This document shows positions 63,197 to 64,000 of a stretch of 64,000 nucleotides of DNA, in pieces. Under the pieces are notes generated by a model, which was not told where the DNA came from, searched no databases, and worked only from the letters and a program-made list of their open reading frames with translations. How positions within the stretch are numbered: position 1 is the first letter of the stretch; each line of letters opens with the position of its first letter. The translations under genes and the position numbers were made by a program. Source of the DNA: Kiritimatiellia bacterium (GTDB taxonomy: Bacteria; Verrucomicrobiota; Kiritimatiellia; CAIQIC01; Lenti-01); contig JAQUJC010000002.1 in the NCBI GenBank assembly GCA_028681135.1, positions 21,892-85,891 of the forward strand, given 5' to 3'.

Positions 63197-64000
63197 ATGG
63201 ACTACGCGGAACAATTTGCGTTGCCAACCGAGGCGTACCTGAGTGCGCCCTATGCCCGCCGCAACGACTTTCGCGATCTGTTTGTCCTGCGCTGGGGGCG
63301 GCTACACTTCCAGGTGAACTGGGGCGTTGATTTGAATCTCAAAGTGCTGCTCAAGGTGTTCCATGCCGATGGCACCTGCGAGCAGTATTTGGCCCACACC
63401 GATCCGTGCGAGGTGCAATGGGATCGGCATCGCCGCGCCACCCGCGACCTATTTCTGCACCCCCGGCCGATGCACCAGGGGCACATCACGGGCGTCAAGT
63501 TTTCCTATCTTGTTCATCATCAGGGCCGTTCGATTCCGTCGCGCCTGGAATATATGTTCATGGACGGGCCCGAGTTTCATCAGCCCGGCGAGGTGCGTCG
63601 CAGCGTGACGGAGCAGTGGGCCACGCCAAATCTGTGGCGCACCCACGAGGTGGATGCCGGGCAGCTCCAGCGCGACGTGGACCACATCAACCGCCATTTT
63701 GAATCGCTCCATCTGACCCCCAAATTCACCAAGGGGCAAGCCTGGCACCCCTATCATCCCAAGCGGTATATTCACGATCAGATCGATGCCATGGTCTGGC
63801 GCCAGCAAACCGCCCCTGGTCGGCCCTGTGGCATCAAGGTCTGCGTGGATTGCATTGACGATGCCGACTTCATCCGCCATCTGATCCATGCTCACCGCTG
63901 CGGAGTGCCGGTGCAGTGCATCGTGGACTGGCGCAAAATGACGCTGACCAACAGCGACAACTATCTGGCGCTGAAACGCTCGGGCATCGAGTTGCTGGGC
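63197..64000 (+). CDS. hypothetical protein, possibly PLD-like domain (3' end outside window)
   Basis: The open frame (not in the supplied track) runs from ATG 63197 to the window end. IKVCVDCIDDADFIRHLIHAHRCGVPVQCIVDWRK resembles the segment preceding an HKD motif in PLD-family proteins. No HKD motif is seen yet. Confidence 0.4.
   Translation, partial: MDYAEQFALPTEAYLSAPYARRNDFRDLFVLRWGRLHFQVNWGVDLNLKVLLKVFHADGTCEQYLAHTDPCEVQWDRHRRATRDLFLHPRPMHQGHITGVKFSYLVHHQGRSIPSRLEYMFMDGPEFHQPGEVRRSVTEQWATPNLWRTHEVDAGQLQRDVDHINRHFESLHLTPKFTKGQAWHPYHPKRYIHDQIDAMVWRQQTAPGRPCGIKVCVDCIDDADFIRHLIHAHRCGVPVQCIVDWRKMTLTNSDNYLALKRSGIELLG

Overview
High-GC (~60%) chromosomal window. Protein families such as DUF1573, prepilin-like proteins and PVM/SPU-type microcompartment genes suggest a Verrucomicrobiota/Planctomycetota (PVC)-type genome; this is an inference. 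I call about 60 protein genes and one tRNA-Leu(GAG).

Gene content, in order:
- Left end: nifS-like gene, maf, a pseudopilin and an FHA protein.
- 4.9-12 kb: a Wzc/Wza/Wzy-type exopolysaccharide export cluster.
- 12-15.9 kb: five genes chained by ATGA overlaps (DUF1573, rhodanese, MauE/DoxX, sdaA, Cas4-like nuclease).
- 25.7-35.9 kb: a minus-strand block combining a DeoC-type (SPU-like) bacterial microcompartment locus with deoB, deoA, punA and udp.
- 36-57 kb: housekeeping genes (glnS, dnaJ, grpE, holA, miaA, lspA, a DksA-like gene, pheST).
- Right end: an accessory segment.

Most interesting observations:
1. The microcompartment plus deoxynucleoside-catabolism locus has an encapsulation-peptide-like helix inside an RpiB-DeoC fusion. 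No PTAC or ADH gene is visible in the window.
2. A Y1/HUH (RAYT-like) transposase is bracketed by 26-bp inverted repeats. It is followed 16 nt later by a 936-aa AEP primase-like / SF2 helicase / DUF559 nuclease fusion. The whole segment is delimited by REP-like hairpins sharing the core GGGGTCAGCCCTT. These repeats supply the stop codons of pheT, the RAYT gene and the helicase gene.
3. A second repeat family is a 19-bp palindrome, TTTTCCACA-G-TGTGGAAAA, made of two convergent DnaA-box-like 9-mers. It occurs in four intergenic arrays with strict 22- or 31-bp phasing.

All functional calls come from motif recognition by eye; no searches were run.
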